Part shown: positions 1 to 6,610 of the stretch, in pieces
Layout: each line of letters starts with the position of its first letter
How positions within the stretch are numbered: the first letter of the stretch is position 1
From: Campylobacterales bacterium
GTDB taxonomy: Bacteria; Campylobacterota; Campylobacteria; Campylobacterales; QNZT01
Direction: 5' to 3'
NCBI GenBank assembly: GCA_029935075.1
Contig: JAOZKZ010000002.1
Coordinates: forward strand, 1-39,449
DNA: 39,449 bases
The notes under the pieces: generated by a model
What the model was told of the DNA's origin: nothing
The model's input: the letters and a program-made list of their open reading frames with translations, nothing else
Database searches by the model: none
Position numbers and translations under genes: made by a program

Positions 1-55
1 CCATTCATCCACAGGACTCAAGTCACTGTGGTTTTCTGGGTTGATTTGATATAAT
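1..55 (+). repeat. IR-L, copy 1 of a perfect 55-bp inverted repeat: stem-loop terminator plus extended -10 promoter
   Basis: Bases 1..55 equal the reverse complement of 10497..10551, checked base by base. Identity ends at 56, and the left limit is unknown because it touches the window edge. It contains hairpin CCACAGGACT/AGTCaCTGTGG (9..31) followed by TTTTCT (32..37), then TGATATAAT (47..55). Confidence 0.9.
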
Positions 56-191
56 CCTTGTTGTTCCCACCACACGACCTCGGCACAATATGGTGTTCTT
101 CTTTGGGATTACAGGTGCCTCTTCTCAGGGCATTCTGGACAATTTTGTGGTATTCCTTTGAATACTCGTTTATCAAAAAGCCTTTTTCCAT
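18..191 (-). pseudogene. truncated HNH-family homing-endonuclease remnant (57 codons)
   Basis: My own translation is MEKGFLINEYSKEYHKIVQNALRRGTCNPKEEHHIVPRSCGGNNKDYIKSTQKTTVT*. It has the EHHIxPRSxGG half of the HNH motif but stops before the expected NLxxLTxxEH half. The last codons lie inside repeat 1..55. Its ATG shares one base with the RNase H stop codon. Confidence 0.45.
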
Positions 192-1192
192 CAAAACAAC
201 ACCAATTTACCCACAAGGTCAAACAACCCATTCTTTATAAAAAACTCTTGTAATTTACTTAGGTCTTTTTGGTTTGGCTTCTTGTACTCTTGTATCACAT
301 CAGAAGATAACCACTGTGGTATGCCTTCTGGTAGGGCTATTTGTCTGTTCAGGGCATAGTTTAACCTGAATATGTTGTCTTCATTAAGAAGGTCCTCGAG
401 GGTTTTCTTTGACTTCAGGAATCTCTTGTAACCATAAGGAGGGTGGCTGTATGCACTAACACCATAGGTCTTTTCAAACAAGGTATCGAATTCAAAGCGT
501 TTCTCCCAGACCCTAAGTTCTGTCAAATCAGGGTATATTTCCTTGCATTTTTGGCTAAACCTTGAGAACCCTTTTACATTTTTAATATCGTCCCCGGGGT
601 CTCCGCCTATAACATGGTCAAGGATAATATGGACTAATTCACCTTCTTCTATCGTATAAAACTTGGAATTTTGCATGCCAGTGGTTCTGGTAGTCCTCCA
701 AAATTTAACCCCTTCGTGCTCAAGGCACTGGATAAAGTCATGGTCGCTTGAATAAATGACTACCTCTTGACCAAGCAAGGATAAATACTCAGATAAAACG
801 AAAATAATATCATCGCCTTCTGCTTTATTAACCTCGATGGTCTTAAAGGATGTCGTCAAAAGGGCTTTCTTTGCTTCAAGGATAGCCTTATTAGCCTGGT
901 CCCAGTTTACATTGGTTTTTTGCCTTTGCTTTTTCCTTGAGCCTTTGTAGCCCTTCCATATATCTTTTCGCCAATAATTAGAACTATCTGTGCATATTAC
1001 TATCTCTTGTGCCTGGAACTTATTCCTAAATGTACTGAATTCATCAAAAACCTTGTAGAAAAAAATGTCCTTGACTTCATCAAAGTTGTAGTTATCGTTC
1101 TCGTCTTTTTTGAGGTTCATCTTCTTTGCCTCGTTCATGGCACTGAAGACGCAACCGTACAAAATAGGACTTAGGTCTACAAGTAAGGTCAC
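191..1192 (-). CDS. rnh: T4-type RNase H / 5'-3' flap exonuclease
   Basis: IVICTDSSNYWRKDIWKGYKGSRK, AEGDDIIFVLSEYL and IYSSDHDFIQC parallel T4 rnh motifs recalled from memory (CIDNAKSGYWRRD, EADDHIAVL, ISSDGDFTQL). Confidence 0.8.
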   Translation of the reverse strand: MTLLVDLSPILYGCVFSAMNEAKKMNLKKDENDNYNFDEVKDIFFYKVFDEFSTFRNKFQAQEIVICTDSSNYWRKDIWKGYKGSRKKQRQKTNVNWDQANKAILEAKKALLTTSFKTIEVNKAEGDDIIFVLSEYLSLLGQEVVIYSSDHDFIQCLEHEGVKFWRTTRTTGMQNSKFYTIEEGELVHIILDHVIGGDPGDDIKNVKGFSRFSQKCKEIYPDLTELRVWEKRFEFDTLFEKTYGVSAYSHPPYGYKRFLKSKKTLEDLLNEDNIFRLNYALNRQIALPEGIPQWLSSDVIQEYKKPNQKDLSKLQEFFIKNGLFDLVGKLVLF

Positions 1193-1199
1193 TTTAAGC

Positions 1200-2078
1200 C
1201 TACAAAGAATCTAACAGTTCATCAAGGTCTTCTTCTTTTGATTCTTTTGGTTCTGGTTTTGCTTCTGCCTTGTTTACCACCTCAGCGGCTTTTTCTACCT
1301 CTTTTACCGCTTCTTCCGTCTCTTTATCCTGGGCATTCCCTAGGGTCCCTCCATCAAACCATGCCATTTTATCCACGAGTTCATCATAGGTCATGAAGCT
1401 CTCTGGTTTCAGGAAATCCCCCAAAGAGTATGTGTTTTCAGTAATAGCCTTGGTTGCTACTTTCTCGTCTTTATACAGGCTTGTGATTTTCTCATCAAAC
1501 TTAGAGGTCTCATAGCTCAAGAATCCAGTATTTGCTTTTGCTACCTTAAGCAAGAAGTTATTGCCCTCAATGGGGTTAAATACTGCTTTGGCTTCTGCCC
1601 CAAGTGCCAGCTCTGATTCTGTTGGTGTCATTGCATCTTTTACCTTACTAAATAAAGTAGGACTCATATCAAACAAGAATGTCTTGCCATCATTTTCAGG
1701 GTTTTTAGGGTCTTTTACTATTACTATATTAGTAATATACCTAAATGCTCTTGAATATTTCTTGGCTTCTTCTTTCTCGTCTTTATTCCACAACTCCAGG
1801 AATCTCTCGTTAAACGGGTCAGGCTTGCCTAATGTTTGTGGGCTCCATTCAGCCACGAATCTTTTAGAACCATCGTTCTGTCTAGCATTGATTTTAGTCA
1901 TTTTGATAAATGGAAGAGAATCAGCATCTGGAACAAATCTAATCAATGCTCCCCCGTTGTCCTGGTCGTCTCTTGATAGCTTATAGAATCTTTCATCTAC
2001 TGTGTATGTTTTTTTGTTACCCTCTGTTAGTGCATCTGCTTGTAAGTTAGCAGACATTTTATCCCAATCGAAATTCAT
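1200..2078 (-). CDS. gp32: gp32-type single-stranded DNA-binding protein
   Basis: GGALIRFVPD and NIVIVKDPKNPENDGKTFLF parallel T4 gp32 ([29 protein letters not shown]). The C-terminal tail EEDLDELLDSL is acidic. The protein contains no cysteine. Confidence 0.85.
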   Translation of the reverse strand: MNFDWDKMSANLQADALTEGNKKTYTVDERFYKLSRDDQDNGGALIRFVPDADSLPFIKMTKINARQNDGSKRFVAEWSPQTLGKPDPFNERFLELWNKDEKEEAKKYSRAFRYITNIVIVKDPKNPENDGKTFLFDMSPTLFSKVKDAMTPTESELALGAEAKAVFNPIEGNNFLLKVAKANTGFLSYETSKFDEKITSLYKDEKVATKAITENTYSLGDFLKPESFMTYDELVDKMAWFDGGTLGNAQDKETEEAVKEVEKAAEVVNKAEAKPEPKESKEEDLDELLDSL

Positions 2079-2098
2079 TTAGTACCTTTTTTTAATAT

Positions 2099-2161
2099 TT
2101 TAAACTTTTAGACATTAAACTGTCGCTCTTTTTAAACCTTAAACTCTTAAACTCTTAAACC
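2099..2161 (-). promoter_or_regulatory. six GTTTAA(G/A/T) repeats in the leader upstream of gp32
   Basis: On the sense strand the leader reads GGTTTAAG AGTTTAAG AGTTTAAG GTTTAAA ..AGTTTAAT..AGTTTAAA, ending about 20 nt before the ATG at 2078. Confidence 0.5.
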
Positions 2162-2178
2162 ATATATTTCCTTATTTT

Positions 2179-2198
2179 GGATTGCTCTGGATTGCTCT
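2179..2198. repeat. tandem direct repeat ggattgctct x2
   Basis: Two exact 10-mers lie immediately 3' of the gp45 stop codon. Confidence 0.8.
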
Positions 2199-2203
2199 TG
2201 GGC

Positions 2204-2896
2204 TTATTTCATCAAACTCAGGATAAATGTGTAAACCTCGTTTTTCATAACGATTCTATAAGCATCTCTTTCTGTGTTGTATTTCACCATCATTGTGTAA
2301 TCAGTCTCTGGTAACTTTAAGATATTCTCTAACGGAATAGCCAATTCTAAATCACCAGCCTCGTCTAAGGTAGGCTCTATGCCCACAGAATAAGAATTCT
2401 CTGAGGATTTGAAGTTATTCTTAGAGCCTATTTTCAAGAAAACCTTGCCGTTTTCTTTTACAAGATAAAGAGCATCAAGGGTTTTAAATACCCCTGATGC
2501 TTTTTTAATCTTTTTGATAATGCCTTCATTGAACTCGAACTCTAAAATACTAGCAATAGCCTCAGTCGAGGTGATGACCTTTTCATTAGCCACCGAATCC
2601 TCTAATACACTGGGGTCAGACACACAAAATTCACTGGTCTCGTTTGGTCCTTTTATGTGCATTATATTGTCTTTTATAGTAATCTCGGCATCTTCTATCA
2701 ACCCCAAGGCATCCAGAAAATTACCACCATCATAAATACCGAACTCTTTAAATTCTTCCTCAAAGTGACTCAGGTCAATCAACCCCGGTAGGCTCCTGTA
2801 TTCATCAGTAATCGTCATCTTAGGGTAAGATACCACGAAGCTTTTATTAATAGGTAAAAGGCTTTTTAGTATCCCTTGGGTCTGTTTTGTAATCAT
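2204..2896 (-). CDS. gp45: gp45-type sliding clamp
   Basis: It is 230 aa (T4 gp45 is 228 aa). ILKSLLPINKS and IYDGGNFLDALGLIEDAEITIKDN parallel T4 LLKNFATINSG and IYDLNGFLGILSLVNDDAEISQSEDGN. Confidence 0.8.
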   Translation of the reverse strand: MITKQTQGILKSLLPINKSFVVSYPKMTITDEYRSLPGLIDLSHFEEEFKEFGIYDGGNFLDALGLIEDAEITIKDNIMHIKGPNETSEFCVSDPSVLEDSVANEKVITSTEAIASILEFEFNEGIIKKIKKASGVFKTLDALYLVKENGKVFLKIGSKNNFKSSENSYSVGIEPTLDEAGDLELAIPLENILKLPETDYTMMVKYNTERDAYRIVMKNEVYTFILSLMK

Positions 2897-2920
2897 TTCT
2901 TTCCTTTGTCTTTATATGTC

Positions 2921-2943
2921 ATTATATCATTTTAATCTTAAAA
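2921..2943 (-). promoter_or_regulatory. early-class promoter, TTTAAG-N10-TATAAT (TGATATAAT)
   Basis: The sense strand reads TTTTAAGattaaaaTGATATAATgacatataaagacaAAGGAAAgaaATG. A second TTTTAAG box lies at 2948..2954. Confidence 0.65.
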
Positions 2944-2968
2944 TTTCCTTAAAAATCTCAAGGTTTGT

Positions 2969-4411
2969 TTAATATCTGCTTAGGTCTATTTCATTCTCTA
3001 TTAACTCAAATTGTTCTTGACTGTAAAAATTACTCCTTTCCCAAAAGTGTTTCTGGAGGTAGTTTTCGTCTTTTCTTGTGCCAGACATACAATCCACTAA
3101 ATCAAATACAAAGGCTTTTTCTTTGTCTGAATGAAGCCTTAGGACTCTCCCAATGCTTTGTAAAGTAGCCGTGAATGATTTATTACTGCTTAGGTAAACC
3201 AGGTTTTTTAACCTTGGGATGTTAATCCCTGTTGACATAATATTATACTGGGCTATTACCACCGCATTTTTTACCGTATTCAAGTATACCCTTATTTGCT
3301 CTCTTATCTTGGGCTTGGTAGTCCCTGTTATAAAGAAAATCCCTAGGGCTTGCTGAAGGACAAATGAATTTTTAACCTCAGGGGTCATTTTTTGACCGCT
3401 AAGGTCTTCCCATGTGTCTATACCGTGTTGAGTATGGTTGTAAAGACCGACTGTCACCCCTTGTAGTTTACCTAATAAAGCCTTGACAAAGTGTCGTCTC
3501 AGGGGGCTTTCTTTCATGTATTTTACTTCATCTTGATATTTTTTTATCAATTTTTTTGGCACCTGGGGATAGTTTAAGAACATGGCTACTACGGTCAGGT
3601 CAGTCGCCAAGCCAAGTTGTATCATCTCTTTGGCGTTTATGTACCTTTTAGGTGCTCCGAAGTTAGCCTCGAGGGTCATAGCGTCTATTTCAACGATAGG
3701 CAAAGACCCAGTGACACCAAGCCTTCTCTCAAAATCGTTGTCTTTTATTATGGAATTTAGTGTTTCAGCCTTGGCCTGATGTGCCTCATCGACCAAAACT
3801 ACATCAAAGCCTTTAAGGTCACTTTTCACCGCACTTTGCCATGTAGATATTACTACTGGTCTTTTTATGTCCTTGTTTTTAAACTCACCACCTATTTGCT
3901 GGACATCATCAAGAAAATCAGCCCCGTAATCTTTGAAATCTTTGTAGATTTGAGAAACGAGCATTATACTCGGCACCAAAAGCAATACATTTTTATTGTT
4001 CTGGTAGTAGTATTTAACCGCTAAAAAAATGCTCAGGCTTTTGCCTGAATTGTGATGTACTACTTCATTTTGTATATAACAACTACCATTAACATTTATA
4101 TCTATCCATTTTTGTTTAGGTAAATAATCTATACTTATAACCTTTTTATAATCTTTAAACTTACCATCAACCAAAAAATCACCTACTCTAAGGTCGTTTA
4201 TATTTCTATATTCATTATTAAAATATAAAATATGGGTATCTGCGCACTTAAATGATGAATTATCATCTAATGTTATTGTGTATCCTGGTGATTCTTTATA
4301 AAATATTTTATTTACATCTTTGTATCCAGTAGGTGATTCAATTTCGACATCTTTGTTATTCTCTTTTAAAAAAGCAAGTTCTTCAAATGTAATTTCTGTT
4401 ATCATGAACAC
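2969..4411 (-). CDS. uvsW: UvsW helicase C-terminal fragment, preceded by an intein C-piece (about 120 aa)
   Basis: The N-terminal ~120 aa carry Hint blocks (GYTITLDDNSSFKCADTHILYF; KWIDINVNGSCYIQNEVVHHN|S). The rest parallels T4 UvsW: SGKSLS, LLLVPSIMLVSQIYKDFKDY, RPVVISTWQS, VLVDEAHQ, LGVTGSL, SIGRVLRLH. The likely start is ATG 4403..4405, in an ATGA overlap with the upstream stop and preceded by GAGGTG. The track start at 4411 is a GTG. Confidence 0.85.
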   Translation of the reverse strand: MFMITEITFEELAFLKENNKDVEIESPTGYKDVNKIFYKESPGYTITLDDNSSFKCADTHILYFNNEYRNINDLRVGDFLVDGKFKDYKKVISIDYLPKQKWIDINVNGSCYIQNEVVHHNSGKSLSIFLAVKYYYQNNKNVLLLVPSIMLVSQIYKDFKDYGADFLDDVQQIGGEFKNKDIKRPVVISTWQSAVKSDLKGFDVVLVDEAHQAKAETLNSIIKDNDFERRLGVTGSLPIVEIDAMTLEANFGAPKRYINAKEMIQLGLATDLTVVAMFLNYPQVPKKLIKKYQDEVKYMKESPLRRHFVKALLGKLQGVTVGLYNHTQHGIDTWEDLSGQKMTPEVKNSFVLQQALGIFFITGTTKPKIREQIRVYLNTVKNAVVIAQYNIMSTGINIPRLKNLVYLSSNKSFTATLQSIGRVLRLHSDKEKAFVFDLVDCMSGTRKDENYLQKHFWERSNFYSQEQFELIENEIDLSRY

Positions 4412-5538
4412 ACCTCATCAAAAGAAATTGAACATTTCTTGCCTTTCGATCTATTTTCAATAGCAGGTATAAAAATCAAATTTGTTAATTTTCCAATATG
4501 ATAAGGTAAAATATTATCTACAAACCCTTGAAATATTGAATATTTATGGTCTAATTGGTAATCATCTGATTTATTCCCTCTGAGATTGAAATTATCCAAT
4601 TCTTTTAAATCGTTTTGTTTAGTGTTGTACCAAACCAACCGTTTATATACAATAAAATCTGGTATTTCGTTTATTGGAACATTACTTCCAGTTTTTTCTT
4701 TTGTTTTTCTTATTTTAAGTTTCATATAAGTTGTATTCATTCGTATTTTGCATTTTTCACTATATTCTAATATTTCATCTTGAGTTTTGTTTAATATTGG
4801 GTTTTTTCTCTTATTAATTTCTAATGTTTCTAATTCTGGTTTGTTTTCTAATGTTTGTTGCCATTTATTTTGGCGTTCATTAAACACATTAACACCTTCT
4901 ATTATCCCATATCTTTCTATACACAATTCTAACGAAAATGTTGATTGTCTTTGTGATACCAATTTTTTAGATTCCTCTTTAGTAAATCCTTGGTTTAACC
5001 AATATCCAATTTGATTTTGTTGTATATTTTTATATTTTTCGGGATTGGTTTGTTTATCTATTTTTACAGCATCTGCGCCTTTTTTACCAAATTCTGAAGT
5101 GCCGTATGATTTTGATGAATTAATATATTCATTTTTATGATACTGTTTATGGTGTTGTTTATTTAACCCTATAGACACAAATTTTTCTAAAACCATATTT
5201 TTTGAAGTATTTTCATTTAAAAATTTATACTTAAATAGGTGAATTATTCGTTCAGGGGTTAAATTATCTTTAACATCTAACATTTTTCGTATTTTTATAA
5301 ATCTATTTAAAAATCTCCTGACTAATTTTGGTGTATACTCTATATATAGTAAAAATATATCGTTTAAACTTAAATTGATTTTGTCATTATATAAATTTTT
5401 GATAGATTTTTTCATATTGTTATAGTCTACTTCTATTTCTGATTTTGTTTTGTTTTTTCTTCGTTTTCTAAAATCATCTAGCAGTATAATAGAGCCATCA
5501 TCTATATTAACATTGACTTTTGATGATGGGTGAAGACA
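4049..5538 (-). mobile_element. intein-like element in the uvsW P-loop, split over two ORFs and carrying an HNH nuclease
   Basis: It runs from Cys133 of the upstream ORF (codon 5536..5538, CLHPSSKVNV) to Asn (codon 4049..4051, VVHHN) followed by Ser+1. Removing it joins GVSSVG to SGKS, giving a Walker A motif. The segment looks visibly more AT-rich than the flanking extein DNA. Confidence 0.8.
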
Positions 5539-5934
5539 ACCTACACTTGATACACCAAGATGAGAATCATTCTCAATCAACCCTAAGAACAACCTAAGCT
5601 GGTGTTTATATGGCTTAAAGGGGATACCTAAGAGCTCTTCTTTTAAAAAGTCCATACCAGAGGGTAAATCATTATCAGGGGTTTGTATCTCTATATCAAA
5701 AATATCCTGGATTCTGTTAACGAACCCTTTCTGTGTATAAAAAAACCAGCCCTTAGGCTCGGTAGATATCTTGACGGTGTAGAATTTCTTTTTGCCATCG
5801 TATTTGCCCATTCTGTAGAAGGGATTGTGTTGATAATTTATTTCAAAGCAAGACAATTCTTGTTGTAATCTCTGGGCTTGTGCCTTCTGGGTCACAAAAA
5901 TCTCTAATTTATTGTTGTTTATTCTTGCTTCCAA
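4402..5934 (-). CDS. uvsW: UvsW N-terminal fragment (132 aa) fused to a short intein N-piece, a Lys/Asn-rich region and a C-terminal HNH nuclease
   Basis: The N-terminus (FKPYKHQ...LGVSSVG) parallels the T4 UvsW N-domain up to its P-loop. CLHPSSKVNVNIDDG follows, and the HNH motif DYQLDHKYS...TNLIFIPAIENRSKGKK lies near the C-terminus. The frame stays open for 510 codons in AT-rich DNA. The apparent start is TTG at 5934, after AAGGA. Confidence 0.8.
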   Translation of the reverse strand: MEARINNNKLEIFVTQKAQAQRLQQELSCFEINYQHNPFYRMGKYDGKKKFYTVKISTEPKGWFFYTQKGFVNRIQDIFDIEIQTPDNDLPSGMDFLKEELLGIPFKPYKHQLRLFLGLIENDSHLGVSSVGCLHPSSKVNVNIDDGSIILLDDFRKRRKNKTKSEIEVDYNNMKKSIKNLYNDKINLSLNDIFLLYIEYTPKLVRRFLNRFIKIRKMLDVKDNLTPERIIHLFKYKFLNENTSKNMVLEKFVSIGLNKQHHKQYHKNEYINSSKSYGTSEFGKKGADAVKIDKQTNPEKYKNIQQNQIGYWLNQGFTKEESKKLVSQRQSTFSLELCIERYGIIEGVNVFNERQNKWQQTLENKPELETLEINKRKNPILNKTQDEILEYSEKCKIRMNTTYMKLKIRKTKEKTGSNVPINEIPDFIVYKRLVWYNTKQNDLKELDNFNLRGNKSDDYQLDHKYSIFQGFVDNILPYHIGKLTNLIFIPAIENRSKGKKCSISFDEVCS

Positions 5935-5951
5935 ATATATCCTTCTTCTGT

Positions 5952-5974
5952 ATTATACTACTTTATTCTTAAAA
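5952..5974 (-). promoter_or_regulatory. early-class promoter, TTTAAG-N10-TATAAT
   Basis: The sense strand reads TTTTTAAGaataaagtaGTATAATacagaAGAAGGatatatTTG. Confidence 0.6.
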
Positions 5975-5978
5975 AAAC

Positions 5979-6233
5979 CTAAAGAAACAACTCTGGGTAA
6001 TTTTCTATGGCAGTATCAAGGGCTATTCTATTTAATATCAGGTGGCTAGGGATATAATCCATTTTCCCTTTTTTCTTATAATACAATAACCCCTCGTCTA
6101 AACTGCCTTGTTTAGAATATGCCAAAACAGCATGTCCAGGGTATTCTTTTTTTAGTTCATAACCCATAGTAAAACAGGTATCCGTGCCTATGAACTCAAC
6201 GCATCCTATTAGTGTATAATCTTGATCATCCAT
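5979..6233 (-). CDS. hypothetical early protein ending in YPELFL
   Basis: ORF of 84 aa with C-terminus ...AIENYPELFL. Confidence 0.6.
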   Translation of the reverse strand: MDDQDYTLIGCVEFIGTDTCFTMGYELKKEYPGHAVLAYSKQGSLDEGLLYYKKKGKMDYIPSHLILNRIALDTAIENYPELFL

Positions 6234-6270
6234 AATACTCTTTTAGGAGTATTTATACCAAAGGCTCTCT

Positions 6271-6444
6271 TTAGTCTATATACAATGCTATTATATTGAA
6301 AAAAACCAATGTACCAAAAACAGCAAATATGATCTCCCAGTTAAAAATAATTCCATAAAGAACTACTAATGTATACATTACCCCTACCATGGCAAAAAAT
6401 ATTAAAATCAACCCAATGATAGTATACTGGATATTAGTCTTCAT
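6271..6444 (-). CDS. small hydrophobic membrane protein (57 aa, not in the ORF track)
   Basis: My own translation is MKTNIQYTIIGLILIFFAMVGVMYTLVVLYGIIFNWEIIFAVFGTLVFFNIIALYID*. It has two hydrophobic spans, and its start overlaps the end of the upstream small ORF. Confidence 0.5.
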   Translation of the reverse strand: MKTNIQYTIIGLILIFFAMVGVMYTLVVLYGIIFNWEIIFAVFGTLVFFNIIALYID

Positions 6445-6610
6445 TTGTAATCCTTTTTACATTACTTAAGTTAAGCTGGTCTTTATGTATTCTTTGGTAT
6501 TGTTCTTTGTTTATTATGATGTCTACTTTATCACCATGTATACCAAAAACAGTAAAATCAAAGGAATCCACCCCGTGCTTATCCGAAATAAACCTGTAAT
6601 TTACATTCAT
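6434..6610 (-). CDS. hypothetical small protein (58 aa, not in the ORF track)
   Basis: My own translation is MNVNYRFISDKHGVDSFDFTVFGIHGDKVDIIINKEQYQRIHKDQLNLSNVKRITNED*. Its ATG forms an ATGA overlap with the stop of 6607..7524. Confidence 0.45.
   Translation of the reverse strand: MNVNYRFISDKHGVDSFDFTVFGIHGDKVDIIINKEQYQRIHKDQLNLSNVKRITNED

Noticed and set aside
58-240. Plus-strand 60-aa ORF at the left edge
   Set aside because: It starts just downstream of the 55-bp repeat, has no SD, runs antisense across the HNH remnant and the RNase H stop codon, and has an odd composition. I treat it as a shadow ORF.
1561-1986. Plus-strand ORFs inside minus-strand genes (1561..1986, 2514..2735, 2965..3168, 3582..4024, 4787..5014, 5683..5868, 6634..6936, 7479..8186, 8358..8942), and the converse minus-strand ORFs inside late genes
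   Set aside because: They lie entirely within longer ORFs that have recognisable homology. They lack SDs and promoters and have low-complexity, hydrophobic translations typical of antisense frames.
2131-2198. Short tandem repeats (cttaaact x3, ggattgctct x2) considered as a mini CRISPR array
   Set aside because: The units are 8 to 10 nt and directly abut each other with no spacers. They sit in a gene leader. This is not CRISPR-like.
4395-4415. The uvsW/intein two-ORF junction considered as a sequencing frameshift or programmed frameshift in a contiguous intein
   Set aside because: This is not fully excluded. However, the ATGA stop/start overlap with a GAGGTG SD at the correct distance argues for genuine coupled reinitiation, and there is no slippery heptamer. 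I kept it as the stated refutation test for the main finding.
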